Sequence record: PZ445451.1
Source of the DNA: a phage
Reading direction: 5' to 3' (one strand)
Length of the DNA: 64,000 nucleotides
Part shown: positions 1 to 9,039 of the stretch, one piece after another
How positions within the stretch are numbered: position 1 is the first letter of the stretch
Layout: each line of letters starts with the position of its first letter
Position numbers and translations under genes: made by a program
The notes under the pieces: generated by a model
What the model saw: only the letters and a program-made list of their open reading frames with translations
Database searches by the model: none
What the model was told of the DNA's origin: nothing

Positions 1-1
1 T

Positions 2-337
2 TGTGCAAGCGGTAAAAAACATGTTGTTACAGTAGGTGGTGCTTTCTTTAGTGACAACGAGAAAATAAAAGCAACTGTTACAGGTCAAACCTATCTACAG
101 TCTAATGCTTTAAACTGGGCTAGTAATGGCTACGCTAAAGCAGCAGGTACTAAGATTGTTATTCCAGGTGCAGGTGCAAATGGCGGCGATCTTGTGACAA
201 CTATAGCACGTGCTACATACGTGACAAATAGTTTGTACACAATAGATATTGCAGATCCAATTGTAACACCTACAGCAGAGAATACACAAATTAAAGCTCT
301 GAATCCTGTTACTTTTGTTACTGTCAACAATGCTTAA
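2..337 (+). CDS. 3' end of a structural (tail-fibre-like) protein, 5' truncated by window edge
   Basis: Open frame from window start to TAA at 335-337; same orientation as the fibre genes downstream; followed by GC hairpin. Confidence 0.4.
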   Translation, partial: CASGKKHVVTVGGAFFSDNEKIKATVTGQTYLQSNALNWASNGYAKAAGTKIVIPGAGANGGDLVTTIARATYVTNSLYTIDIADPIVTPTAENTQIKALNPVTFVTVNNA

Positions 338-340
338 TTA

Positions 341-361
341 AAAAGGGGCGAAAGCCCCTTT
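341..361 (+). terminator. Hairpin GGGGC-GAAA-GCCCC flanked by A and T runs
   Basis: Perfect 5 bp GC stem with GNRA-like loop directly after stop codon; T-rich 3' side. Confidence 0.5.
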
Positions 362-378
362 ATAAAAGGAGTAGTAAA

Positions 379-2340
379 GTGATTTTAACACGTCCAAATA
401 GTGCCATTGCAGACATGGTAGAGTCTCGCTATAGAAAGCGTAGAAGTTTTGCAAGTGGTTTTACCTTAAGAGATGCTCGTGAAGCATTGCTCTTTGAAGC
501 TGACGGTAACTACTATCAGTGGAAAGGTTCTCTACCTAAAGTTGTACCTGCTAACTCTACTCCTACATCTACTGGAGGGATTTCAGATACAGCTTGGAAA
601 AATGTGGGTAATGCAGATGACATTGCTCAAATAGAATCAGAATTAGATGCTATTGAAGCTGAAATTGAAGATCTTAGAGAATCCATTCCAGAAGCTGGTA
701 AATCAGCTTACCAGATTGCCGTAGACAATGGTTTCCAAGGTACTGAGACAGACTGGTTGGCTTCTTTAAAAGGTGATCCAGGTGCTCCATTAAAGCTGCT
801 AGGGACGCTATCTAATACCAACCAATTACCTGCAACTGGAAACAATGCAGGAGATGCATGGATTGTAGGCGAGAATATGTATGCTTGGGATGGTACTGCT
901 TGGAGAAAAGTAAACTCACAGGGGCCAGAAGGTAAATCTGCTTATGAAGTATGGCTTGCAGCAGGAAATGAAGGTACAGAACTAGATTATCTTGCTTCAA
1001 TTAAAGGTGATAAAGGGGAGCCTGGCCCAGAGGGGCCACAAGGTGTGCCAGGTAATAATGCTAATGGTTTTGATTACCAAGGCGCAGCTAATTCCGTTTC
1101 AGATCTTCCTTCTGCATCTCATGGAAACACATCTCAAGCATGGAGTGTTGGTACATATCTATACGTGTCAAACGGTGTAGAATGGATCAATATGGGCGCT
1201 ATAGTGGGGCCAAAAGGAGATAAAGGCGACAAAGGAGATAAGGGTAATACTGGTGATTCAGCTTATCAAGTCTGGTTAAATGCTGGTAACGTTGGTACTA
1301 TTGACGAATATATTGCCTCTCTGAAAGGAGAAAAAGGTGATAAGGGAGACAAGGGTGATCAAGGTGTACAGGGTATACAAGGCTTGACGGGGCCAACTGG
1401 CGCAGGGTTGACCATTATTGATATTCTGACTAACACTTCTGAACTACCACAAACTGGAGAAGATGGTGATGGTTATCTAATCAATAATGAACTTTGGGTC
1501 TGGTTGCAAGGAGCCACAGAGTGGACAAATGTTGGTCGTTTAGCTGGTACTCCAATCACTGCAAAAGGACACGTTGCGTCTGCAAGTGCGCTTCCTCCTA
1601 CAGCCAATTACGGTGATGCTTATCTGACGGAAGATACAGGTCATCTTTACATTTACACCTATAATGAACAAACTCAAACTGCTGAATATGTAGATATGGG
1701 TAGTTTGAAAGGTGATAAGGGTGAAAAAGGTGACGCTGGTACTAACGGTACAGACGGTGCAACTTGGATTGTTAAAACAACAGATCCAATCTCTAGTGAT
1801 GGTAAACAAGGTGATTATGCCTTTAATATCTCCACTGGTGAGGTGTTCTTAAAAACATCTGCAACTGTCTGGTCTTCTCAAGGTACACTACCTAGTATCA
1901 CAGATGCACCTAGTGATGGTAAGACTTATGCTCGTAAAGATGGGGCATGGGAAGAACTCACTAATTCTGTAGATGGTCAAGATATAGTTCCAACAAAAGT
2001 AACAACTAATTTTATAGAGGTTACAGCATATACCAACAATTCTGTTACAGGGGACTGGACACCTCCAGGAACACATAACATGAATGTGTTGAATCTTACT
2101 GGTAACGCTACTATAAAAGCATGGCCTGGTGTCGAAGATAGTACAAAACCTAAACCATTCTCTGCAATAGTTTATCTTATCCAAGATGCCACTGGAGGTC
2201 GTACTGTTACTTTAGATCCATCTTACAAAGTAATTGGTTCCAGTGATATTAATACAGATCCTAACGGAGTAACAATACTACAACTAACATATTGTGGTGT
2301 TGGTGATTACGTGGATGCTATTGTTGCTAAACGCACATAA
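379..2340 (+). CDS. Tail fibre protein with collagen-like Gly-X-Y tracts
   Basis: GTG start 6 nt after AAAGGAG; GDKGDKGDKG, GEKGDKGDKGDQGVQG and GDKGEKGDAGTNG tracts; three copies of a SAYQxWLxxGxxGT..YxAS(L/I)KG repeat. Confidence 0.8.
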   Translation: MILTRPNSAIADMVESRYRKRRSFASGFTLRDAREALLFEADGNYYQWKGSLPKVVPANSTPTSTGGISDTAWKNVGNADDIAQIESELDAIEAEIEDLRESIPEAGKSAYQIAVDNGFQGTETDWLASLKGDPGAPLKLLGTLSNTNQLPATGNNAGDAWIVGENMYAWDGTAWRKVNSQGPEGKSAYEVWLAAGNEGTELDYLASIKGDKGEPGPEGPQGVPGNNANGFDYQGAANSVSDLPSASHGNTSQAWSVGTYLYVSNGVEWINMGAIVGPKGDKGDKGDKGNTGDSAYQVWLNAGNVGTIDEYIASLKGEKGDKGDKGDQGVQGIQGLTGPTGAGLTIIDILTNTSELPQTGEDGDGYLINNELWVWLQGATEWTNVGRLAGTPITAKGHVASASALPPTANYGDAYLTEDTGHLYIYTYNEQTQTAEYVDMGSLKGDKGEKGDAGTNGTDGATWIVKTTDPISSDGKQGDYAFNISTGEVFLKTSATVWSSQGTLPSITDAPSDGKTYARKDGAWEELTNSVDGQDIVPTKVTTNFIEVTAYTNNSVTGDWTPPGTHNMNVLNLTGNATIKAWPGVEDSTKPKPFSAIVYLIQDATGGRTVTLDPSYKVIGSSDINTDPNGVTILQLTYCGVGDYVDAIVAKRT

Positions 2341-2343
2341 TCA

Positions 2344-2368
2344 AAGCCCCTTCGGGGGCTTATTGTTT
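2344..2368 (+). terminator. Hairpin AAGCCCC-TTCG-GGGGCTT after fibre gene
   Basis: 7 bp stem with TTCG loop 4 nt after stop; short T-rich tail, so possibly attenuating rather than full terminator. Confidence 0.4.
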
Positions 2369-2379
2369 AAGGAGATTAA

Positions 2380-5199
2380 ATGTATCCTATTCCTCTATTT
2401 ATGTCAACAACACCAGCTTCAGTAGTAACAGCTACATCTATAACTACTTCCTCTATTGGTATTGCAATAGTTGGTGGTAAAAAACAACTGACATACACAG
2501 TTACACCGGAAGATGGTGCATTATTTGATATAGCTTTTTCATCTTCAGATAATACCAAAATGGTTATAGATAATAGTGGTATGATGGAGTTTGTTGCCGA
2601 AGGTGGTTTTGATGCAATAATGACAGCTAAAAATAATTTAGGTGCTGTCTTAACTGATCAATCTGGTGGTTATGCTTCAGAATTAAGTGTGTACACTGAA
2701 AGTCTATCGGCTATGGATGTAGGCACTACTCAACAGTTAGTTGCTACAATCAGTCCAGAAGGTGCTAAAGACCTTCCAGATATGGTAATTACATACACCA
2801 CAACAGATCCAGAAGTAGCTACTGTAAGCCCTACAGGGTTAATAACTGCTCTTAAAGATGGCGGTTGCCGTATAGGTTGTACTGCAACGTATCAAGGAAC
2901 AGTTGTGGCCTCTGATAGGTCTTATTTAGGTGTTAATGCTATTCCTGTTATTTCTAATGTAACAGCCGTGGCAAACAGTTATGGAGACGTTCGTGTTGCT
3001 TGGGATGTAACTGATCCACTAGACGGTGATACTTATACTGTAGAAGTATTAGATTTAAGTGATAATAGTGTTCAGTGGACTACAACAACCACGAATACTC
3101 ATGCTTACTTTGATATCTCTGACTCTATTCCTCTTTATGGGTTTGCTCCAACATACCTTAAAATTAGCGTTAAGAGCACCAAAGCAGCAGCCGTTATCTT
3201 TAATAACTCAATAGCTACAGATGATTCATTCATTAAAGAAGTTATTGTCTTTGCTGGACAAGATAACGTAAATGCACACTTTACAGAACTATCTGGTGCA
3301 AATAAAGCAGCAATGAGTAGCACAACAGCCCGTAATGCATATGCTGCGCAACGTGGTTTAGCAAATGCTGAAGTTCTTCCGTTAAATACAGCTTCTGGAT
3401 CATCAGCAGCAGATAAATATGCTGACGATAAAGCTGGAACAGGTACACCAGACAATTACTGGTATGATCTGGATAACACAGCAGATGGGCCATGCTTAAC
3501 TAACTTTATCACTAAAGTCACACCTTATGCAAGTAAGGTTAAAGCAATTATTTGGGGACAAGGTGAAAATGATGCTGTATCAGCATCTTCGACTGTTGCA
3601 GGTAGGTACAGTAACACTACACGTTACCATGATGCTACGATAGCTATCTTTGATAAGATGCGTACAATAGTTCCTGCTTCTCAAGCAAAAATTGTTTGGC
3701 AGATCCTAGGACGTTCTTATTTATATGGTGTAGAAGTTAATGGTGTGGATTGGCAGAAGTACAGAAATGTACAAAGAACCATCTCTACAGCACGTGATGA
3801 TGTTATCATTGGTTCTTGGGTAGATGGTGCTGAACGTTACAGTGGCTATGTTTATGAAGAAGGTATTGATGGTCGTATCCATTATGTTTCTTCTGTATAC
3901 CAAACAGCAGCTACAAAACTTGCTAAATCGGCAGCAGACGGTACAGACTTAACATCAACGTCACCTGTTTGGGTTGATATGGCTGTTCCAACTGGAGCAA
4001 CAGCCACTTCCCAATCTAATCAAGATACAATTTTAGCATGGGATGCTCAAGGCTATAGTAAACACTACTTCCGTAATATTAACGTCTTAACCGCATCTGT
4101 ATTAACTGAACAAACGCTTAATACGAACAGTTATACGTTTACCTATGCAGATCAAGTAGAACAATATGGTTTTGCAGCAGGAACTGCTATATTTGATGTT
4201 GCATATTATGACGAAGCAAATGATGTGTTATCTCCTTTAGTACGTTTTAATGTTAATATTACAGCAGGAACCGAAGAAGATAAACCTGTCGTGATGGACT
4301 ATGATTTGACGCAAGAAACTCTCCCATCAGATGTTAAGGTTAATGGTGGGAACTCTTTTGCTCGTGCCTCTGGAGATAAACTTGTAGCCACTAACACCTT
4401 GGTTGCCCCGTTGGAGTATGTTGGTACTACCCCTGTAGGTAGACGTGTAACAGCTAACACAGCTACACAAATTTTTGTCAACAACGCCTTAACAAGTGCA
4501 AGCCCGTGGGTAAAGACCAACTTAACTGTTGCAGCTTCATCTGATAACTCTCCGGCTGGAACTACTGCTAATGTATTCAAATTAACTCCGACTACAACCT
4601 CTGGTAGTCATATCTTAACTGCAACATATACTAACGCGTACAACATATCTGCCGGACGTAACTGGTCTGCCTCTGTTTTCTTGAAAGCGAACGGGATTAC
4701 TAAGGCCAAACTAAGATTAAAAGCAGGAACTGAAGTTAATGAGGGTACTTTTGATTTAGCAGCAGGTACATTCACAGGAAGTGAAGCTAATATTATATCT
4801 ATGGGCAACGGTTGGTATCGTGCTATTCTGCATAAAACAGGGATAGCCAAACAGTCCTCCATAAGTTTTGAAATAATTGCCTTGGATGCAACTGGTGCGG
4901 AGATTTTCGCTGGAAATGGTACTAGTAACCTTGCAGTTTGGTTGCCACAGCTTGAAGGTGCTTCTACAGGAGAAACATCAAAAGCTGGATCGCCTTATGT
5001 CTGCACATATCCTGGAAATTTAGGAGGAGTATCCTTCACTATACCAAGGAACGGACATACTGGTGTGGATGTTTACTATTCCAACGGAGACGTTGTTCGT
5101 GACGTATTCTCTGGTACGGCATCTACTTGGACAATAAACTACTCCAGCTTGTACGATTGGGGATCAGTCTTTATTACAGGTTTGAAATATTACGACTAA
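2380..5199 (+). CDS. Tail fibre/tailspike with Ig-like domain and SGNH/sialate-O-acetylesterase-like motifs
   Basis: ATG after AAGGAG; Big_2-like segment (VGTTQQLVATISPEG...VATVSPTGLITALKDGG); FAGQDN and WGQGEND motifs resembling SGNH esterase blocks; 939 aa. Confidence 0.65.
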   Translation: MYPIPLFMSTTPASVVTATSITTSSIGIAIVGGKKQLTYTVTPEDGALFDIAFSSSDNTKMVIDNSGMMEFVAEGGFDAIMTAKNNLGAVLTDQSGGYASELSVYTESLSAMDVGTTQQLVATISPEGAKDLPDMVITYTTTDPEVATVSPTGLITALKDGGCRIGCTATYQGTVVASDRSYLGVNAIPVISNVTAVANSYGDVRVAWDVTDPLDGDTYTVEVLDLSDNSVQWTTTTTNTHAYFDISDSIPLYGFAPTYLKISVKSTKAAAVIFNNSIATDDSFIKEVIVFAGQDNVNAHFTELSGANKAAMSSTTARNAYAAQRGLANAEVLPLNTASGSSAADKYADDKAGTGTPDNYWYDLDNTADGPCLTNFITKVTPYASKVKAIIWGQGENDAVSASSTVAGRYSNTTRYHDATIAIFDKMRTIVPASQAKIVWQILGRSYLYGVEVNGVDWQKYRNVQRTISTARDDVIIGSWVDGAERYSGYVYEEGIDGRIHYVSSVYQTAATKLAKSAADGTDLTSTSPVWVDMAVPTGATATSQSNQDTILAWDAQGYSKHYFRNINVLTASVLTEQTLNTNSYTFTYADQVEQYGFAAGTAIFDVAYYDEANDVLSPLVRFNVNITAGTEEDKPVVMDYDLTQETLPSDVKVNGGNSFARASGDKLVATNTLVAPLEYVGTTPVGRRVTANTATQIFVNNALTSASPWVKTNLTVAASSDNSPAGTTANVFKLTPTTTSGSHILTATYTNAYNISAGRNWSASVFLKANGITKAKLRLKAGTEVNEGTFDLAAGTFTGSEANIISMGNGWYRAILHKTGIAKQSSISFEIIALDATGAEIFAGNGTSNLAVWLPQLEGASTGETSKAGSPYVCTYPGNLGGVSFTIPRNGHTGVDVYYSNGDVVRDVFSGTASTWTINYSSLYDWGSVFITGLKYYD

Positions 5200-5228
5200 T
5201 AAAAAAGGAGCCATTAGGCTCCTTTTCT
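5200..5228 (+). terminator. Bidirectional hairpin AAGGAGCC-ATTA-GGCTCCTT between converging genes
   Basis: 8 bp stem flanked by A run upstream and T run downstream, between + gene ending 5199 and - gene ending 5235. Confidence 0.6.
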
Positions 5229-5234
5229 TTTATC

Positions 5235-5666
5235 TTAATCAGTGAAAATTACGCTTACATCTTCTTTAGAAAAGAGTTTATGATCTTCACCTTTTGTCTC
5301 AAGAGTTTCATACAGGTTAAGAAGTTCTGAAACATCTTTCTCTACCAGTTTCTTCAATGTTGCAATTTTCTGTTTGCGATTCTTAATACGTTCAGCTACA
5401 ACCTTACGTTGGTATCCAGCAGTACGATAACCTGAGAAAGTTACACCAGTGAGACTTGCAGTTACAGGATCGTAATGACGTTCAATCTGAAATTTATTAA
5501 AAGGTACAGCGTCATCACGAATAATCTTACCGCCATTACTTACTTGACGAAGACCAGTAACTTGTTCCAGTCGTGCCATAGAAATCTTTGGAGATAGACC
5601 AGAATCCAGGTTCATACCGTTGTTAATCAGTGCTTTCAGGGTGATTTTGCTGTTCAGTGTACTCAT
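5235..5666 (-). CDS. Hypothetical protein
   Basis: 143 aa ORF with GGAGG 9 nt upstream of ATG; start overlaps 3' end of methyltransferase gene. Confidence 0.5.
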   Translation of the reverse strand: MSTLNSKITLKALINNGMNLDSGLSPKISMARLEQVTGLRQVSNGGKIIRDDAVPFNKFQIERHYDPVTASLTGVTFSGYRTAGYQRKVVAERIKNRKQKIATLKKLVEKDVSELLNLYETLETKGEDHKLFSKEDVSVIFTD

Positions 5667-6354
5667 TTAGTCGTTCCTCCGCTTGCTTAAAAATATTTAC
5701 ATCGGCTTCACAGCCTAAGTATTCTCTACCTGTTAAAAGTGCCGCAACTTGTGTTGTTGCACTTCCAGAGAAGAAGTCTAAGATTACATCTCCTTCGTTG
5801 GTATGTATATTAATAAGGTCACAAAACAAAGTCAAGTGTTTTTGTGTTGGATGAAAACGATCTGCTCCTTGATAGATAGGATACTCAAACACACCCTTAT
5901 GGTAGGAAGCATTGAAGGTTGGCTTCGAACCTTTAACACAAACAATAGCCATCTCTTTAGCGTTACTAAGATAGTTAACACCGCTGTTGATGGGTACAGG
6001 GTTTGTTTTAATCCATTCAATAGTACGGAACATACGAAAACCAAGCGGTTCAAGGATTTCACGTAGCTCCTGGATCTTCCAGATATCATACCAAACTATG
6101 CAAGTACCACCTTTTCTAAGCACCCTATAGGCTTCTTTGAATACTTCTTTAAAGTAAGGAATATCTACAACATCCCAATCACCAAAGTTGTAAGATACAC
6201 GGAATCTATCTGTATCTTTTCCAGTAGGCTCTCCAGATTGAAAATTTGTGTCACGAGAAATAGCATATGGTGGATCAGTAAGAATCAAATCTACACTATT
6301 GCTTTCGAGGGTTTGCAGGTAGTTTAATGCGGTGTTGTTTACAAATTCGCTCAT
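5623..6354 (-). CDS. DNA methyltransferase (DPPY motif, N6-adenine or N4-cytosine class)
   Basis: LILTDPPYA near N-terminus and FFSGSATT SAM-binding motif near C-terminus; motif order typical of beta-class amino-methyltransferases. Confidence 0.8.
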   Translation of the reverse strand: MSEFVNNTALNYLQTLESNSVDLILTDPPYAISRDTNFQSGEPTGKDTDRFRVSYNFGDWDVVDIPYFKEVFKEAYRVLRKGGTCIVWYDIWKIQELREILEPLGFRMFRTIEWIKTNPVPINSGVNYLSNAKEMAIVCVKGSKPTFNASYHKGVFEYPIYQGADRFHPTQKHLTLFCDLINIHTNEGDVILDFFSGSATTQVAALLTGREYLGCEADVNIFKQAEERLNEYTEQQNHPESTD

Positions 6355-6372
6355 TATATCTCCTTCAAAGAA

Positions 6373-6392
6373 AAGGAGCCGTTAGGCTCCTT
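6373..6392 (-). terminator. Hairpin AAGGAGCC-GTTA-GGCTCCTT followed by T run on minus strand
   Basis: Near-identical stem to the 5205-5224 hairpin; lies after the SSB gene. Confidence 0.5.
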
Positions 6393-6414
6393 ATATTTAC
6401 ACAATATTTAATTA

Positions 6415-7362
6415 TTAGAAACAGTGCAGGAAGTTTCGACCATACTGCAAACCAATAGGAGCAAATGGGATATCATCATCGAAATCTTGAACAACAGGTT
6501 CTGGTTCTTTCGGTGCTGGCTCTTTCTTCTCTACTTTTTTAGTTTCTTTCTTAACTTCTTGTACTGGGATAGACATTCCACGGATAGCAGCAGCTACTTT
6601 ATCAGACAAAGCAAGAACTTCACGAGCAGCTTCAATAATCTCTTCTGCCGTTACAGTTTTACCTGTATGATCACGACAAGCGTTAAGAATTGCGTGTCCA
6701 ACTGAAGCACCAAGATCATAGTCAGTTACATCAACGCCACGATCTTTAGCAATTTCAGCTTTCAGAGTAACAGTTGCAGATTGTACCACACCAGCCAAGT
6801 CGAAAGCATCACCTTTCACACCAGCACGTAGAAGCTCCAGAGCGCCGTTTACAGCGTGTCCTGTTTCAATCCCTACGGTATCACGTTTTTTGTAGTTAGG
6901 CTTGCTACCGTCATTATTAGAGGGCTTATTTCCACCTTTTGAAGAGGATTGTGCTTGCTGAACACCTTCTGTTGAAAGAATAGTGATTTTACCTTTAGAG
7001 GAATTATAGTATGTTTTGCCATTCCATTCAGAAGGTTTAACATCCATAGTTAGTTCTACACCTTTTTCGATAGTAACCCATTTATCACCATCTTTAACTT
7101 GCAGGTTTTCATGTTCTGGGTGCAGTTTAACTTCACCTAAGCTAACCCAAACACCTTTATCATCAGCACCAGCACCTTTCTCTTTAATAAGCAGAGATGC
7201 TTTGTGAGTTGATTCAATTTTCTTATCTGGTTGACCTGCAACCTTAATATAAGAGACTTTCATTTCATCAAACTTATCCAGTTTGACATATTCAACGATA
7301 CCTTCAGCCCAGAATGCTTCTTTTTTAGTACGACGGTCGATTTCAGAATTAATTACTGGCAT
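6415..7362 (-). CDS. ssb: Single-stranded DNA-binding protein
   Basis: C-terminal acidic tail QDFDDDIPF typical of SSB partner-binding tips; Gly/Ser/Asn-rich linker; sits in replication module. Confidence 0.7.
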   Translation of the reverse strand: MPVINSEIDRRTKKEAFWAEGIVEYVKLDKFDEMKVSYIKVAGQPDKKIESTHKASLLIKEKGAGADDKGVWVSLGEVKLHPEHENLQVKDGDKWVTIEKGVELTMDVKPSEWNGKTYYNSSKGKITILSTEGVQQAQSSSKGGNKPSNNDGSKPNYKKRDTVGIETGHAVNGALELLRAGVKGDAFDLAGVVQSATVTLKAEIAKDRGVDVTDYDLGASVGHAILNACRDHTGKTVTAEEIIEAAREVLALSDKVAAAIRGMSIPVQEVKKETKKVEKKEPAPKEPEPVVQDFDDDIPFAPIGLQYGRNFLHCF

Positions 7363-7378
7363 AAATTCTCCTCTATAA

Positions 7379-7777
7379 TTACATTACTTTAACACAAAAC
7401 TCTCGTAAAAGAGTAGCGTCAGTTTCTTCCAACAGGTATTTACCAAGACCAATACCAAATCCTATTTCACCACTTTCAAAATGGAGGATTTGTATCTTTT
7501 CTCCACCAAGGTTAATTACTTTTGCTTTTCCAGGATTATCCAAAACATCTCGTATTGTATCCTGTAGTAACATAAGCTCACGTTTTGTGATAGTGGTTTC
7601 AGATATCTCTTTGTTTTCTACTCTCACTGTTAAACGATTGTATCCACCAAAGAGACATAGTATTTGAATAAAAAAGGTATTATCTTGAGGTTCAACATCT
7701 TTTTTAGTTAGTTCAAGACGATTAGTTTCTCTACTGTAGAACGTCTCGACTAAGATTTTAGAACGATTATCTGTCAT
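7379..7777 (-). CDS. Hypothetical protein
   Basis: 132 aa ORF in co-directional gene string; no recognisable motif. Confidence 0.5.
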   Translation of the reverse strand: MTDNRSKILVETFYSRETNRLELTKKDVEPQDNTFFIQILCLFGGYNRLTVRVENKEISETTITKRELMLLQDTIRDVLDNPGKAKVINLGGEKIQILHFESGEIGFGIGLGKYLLEETDATLLREFCVKVM

Positions 7778-7820
7778 TCAAGTCCTCATAATAACACATA
7801 ATTGTAAGGTTTGTCAACAC

Positions 7821-8414
7821 TTAAATCTTAAATTCTTCGTTGTTAAGTGAATCCAGTGTACGTACTTCTGGTTCTTTGGGGATGAAAACGTCTTTTACAA
7901 AGCGGAACATAGGGAAACGTTCTGCCATTTTACGGACGTGTGCTTCTTTACCTGTGTAGCGGTGATTAATAGTACAAATATTAGTTTTCAGCGCAAATTC
8001 AAAATCTGGATGATATACATAATTTTGACCATCCCAGTAACACAGGCAAATAGCTACGTCAAAGTTCCATACGATTTCACTGCGTACACCTTCTTCCATG
8101 ATCATAAAGTTAAACTTAAGATCTTTATAGTATGCTTCAAATACCCATTTCAAATGTGGTAGTTCGGCATAAGTGTGTTCTGTTTGCTTAGTAAGTTGTT
8201 TAACATTACGTGCACCAACACCCAACATCAAAAATTTCTCTACTAGTACGAGTGTATTGTGGTTAGGCATACGCAAGTAAATATCAATATCTTGCGCAGG
8301 TTTCTCTAATCGCCAATCACGTACAGCGCCGCCAGCTACAATTGCAAACGGATCTACCAGTTGGCACATACGTAATACTTCTAAAGCTCGTACTTTTTGA
8401 TCTTCAATATTCAT
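7821..8414 (-). CDS. Pol-beta-type nucleotidyltransferase, CCA-adding/poly(A)-polymerase head-like
   Basis: AIVAGGAVRDW...DIDIY matches the GGxVRD...DxD head-domain signature; start moved to internal ATG 7 nt after AGGAG. Confidence 0.55.
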   Translation of the reverse strand: MNIEDQKVRALEVLRMCQLVDPFAIVAGGAVRDWRLEKPAQDIDIYLRMPNHNTLVLVEKFLMLGVGARNVKQLTKQTEHTYAELPHLKWVFEAYYKDLKFNFMIMEEGVRSEIVWNFDVAICLCYWDGQNYVYHPDFEFALKTNICTINHRYTGKEAHVRKMAERFPMFRFVKDVFIPKEPEVRTLDSLNNEEFKI

Positions 8415-8422
8415 ATTTTCTC

Positions 8423-9010
8423 CTATCGTTTCCACTCTTTGTGTTGTTCTACATGCTCAAGCATTTCATTATATAGTGCTTTAAGATGTGGAACAACTCT
8501 TTCATCTTCAGTTTCAAAGAATTTTGTAAGCTGCTCTGCTTTAGCTTTCAACCAGCAAAGATGCGCTTCAATTTCAGTATTAAAACGTCCCAGCGTTTTT
8601 ATGCGACTGTCTACTTTTATATTGGCTTTGTATTTATTACGATCTTTTTCGTAACTACATCCCACCATAGTCCCATGAGATCTTTTACTTACTCTATAAG
8701 CTAAGAACTTATTAAGATCTCCTGTTACTAAAAGACAGGTATTGGGAGAGTAAACTCTCCCTCCTATAATATCTTTATCAAGTTCTAAGTTTTCCCAGTC
8801 ATCCCAAGTTTGCAACCAGGAATAGAAATTGGAGAACAACTTCCATTCTTCACAAACTGTCACCCCATTATAACAAGGATCACGTTCTTGTTGACAAGGG
8901 GAGTAACACCTCCCCAACATAGACATCCATTTCATATAAGCAGGGTGCATAGTTCCTCTAGGAGATCTTACAGTAAAATCTCCATCAAAAATACCATGAC
9001 CATATACCAT
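8423..9010 (-). CDS. Putative freestanding homing-endonuclease-like / AP2-type DNA-binding protein
   Basis: YMKWMSMLGRCY...YNGVTVCEEWKLFSNFYSW resembles the N-terminal DNA-binding module of phage HNH/AP2 homing endonucleases; AAGGAG RBS. Confidence 0.4.
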   Translation of the reverse strand: MVYGHGIFDGDFTVRSPRGTMHPAYMKWMSMLGRCYSPCQQERDPCYNGVTVCEEWKLFSNFYSWLQTWDDWENLELDKDIIGGRVYSPNTCLLVTGDLNKFLAYRVSKRSHGTMVGCSYEKDRNKYKANIKVDSRIKTLGRFNTEIEAHLCWLKAKAEQLTKFFETEDERVVPHLKALYNEMLEHVEQHKEWKR

Positions 9011-9039
9011 AAAAACTCCTTATAAAACAATATGTTAGA

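Noticed and set aside
130-330. 66 aa minus-strand ORF at the window start
   Set aside because: Lies antisense inside the open plus-strand frame that ends at 337 and has no ribosome-binding site; treated as a shadow ORF.
812-2184. Several 60-100 aa ORFs on both strands inside the collagen-like fibre gene (812-1000, 992-1180, 1540-1809, 1888-2184)
   Set aside because: Fully embedded in a long gene with strong periodic coding signal; low-complexity translations typical of out-of-frame or antisense reading.
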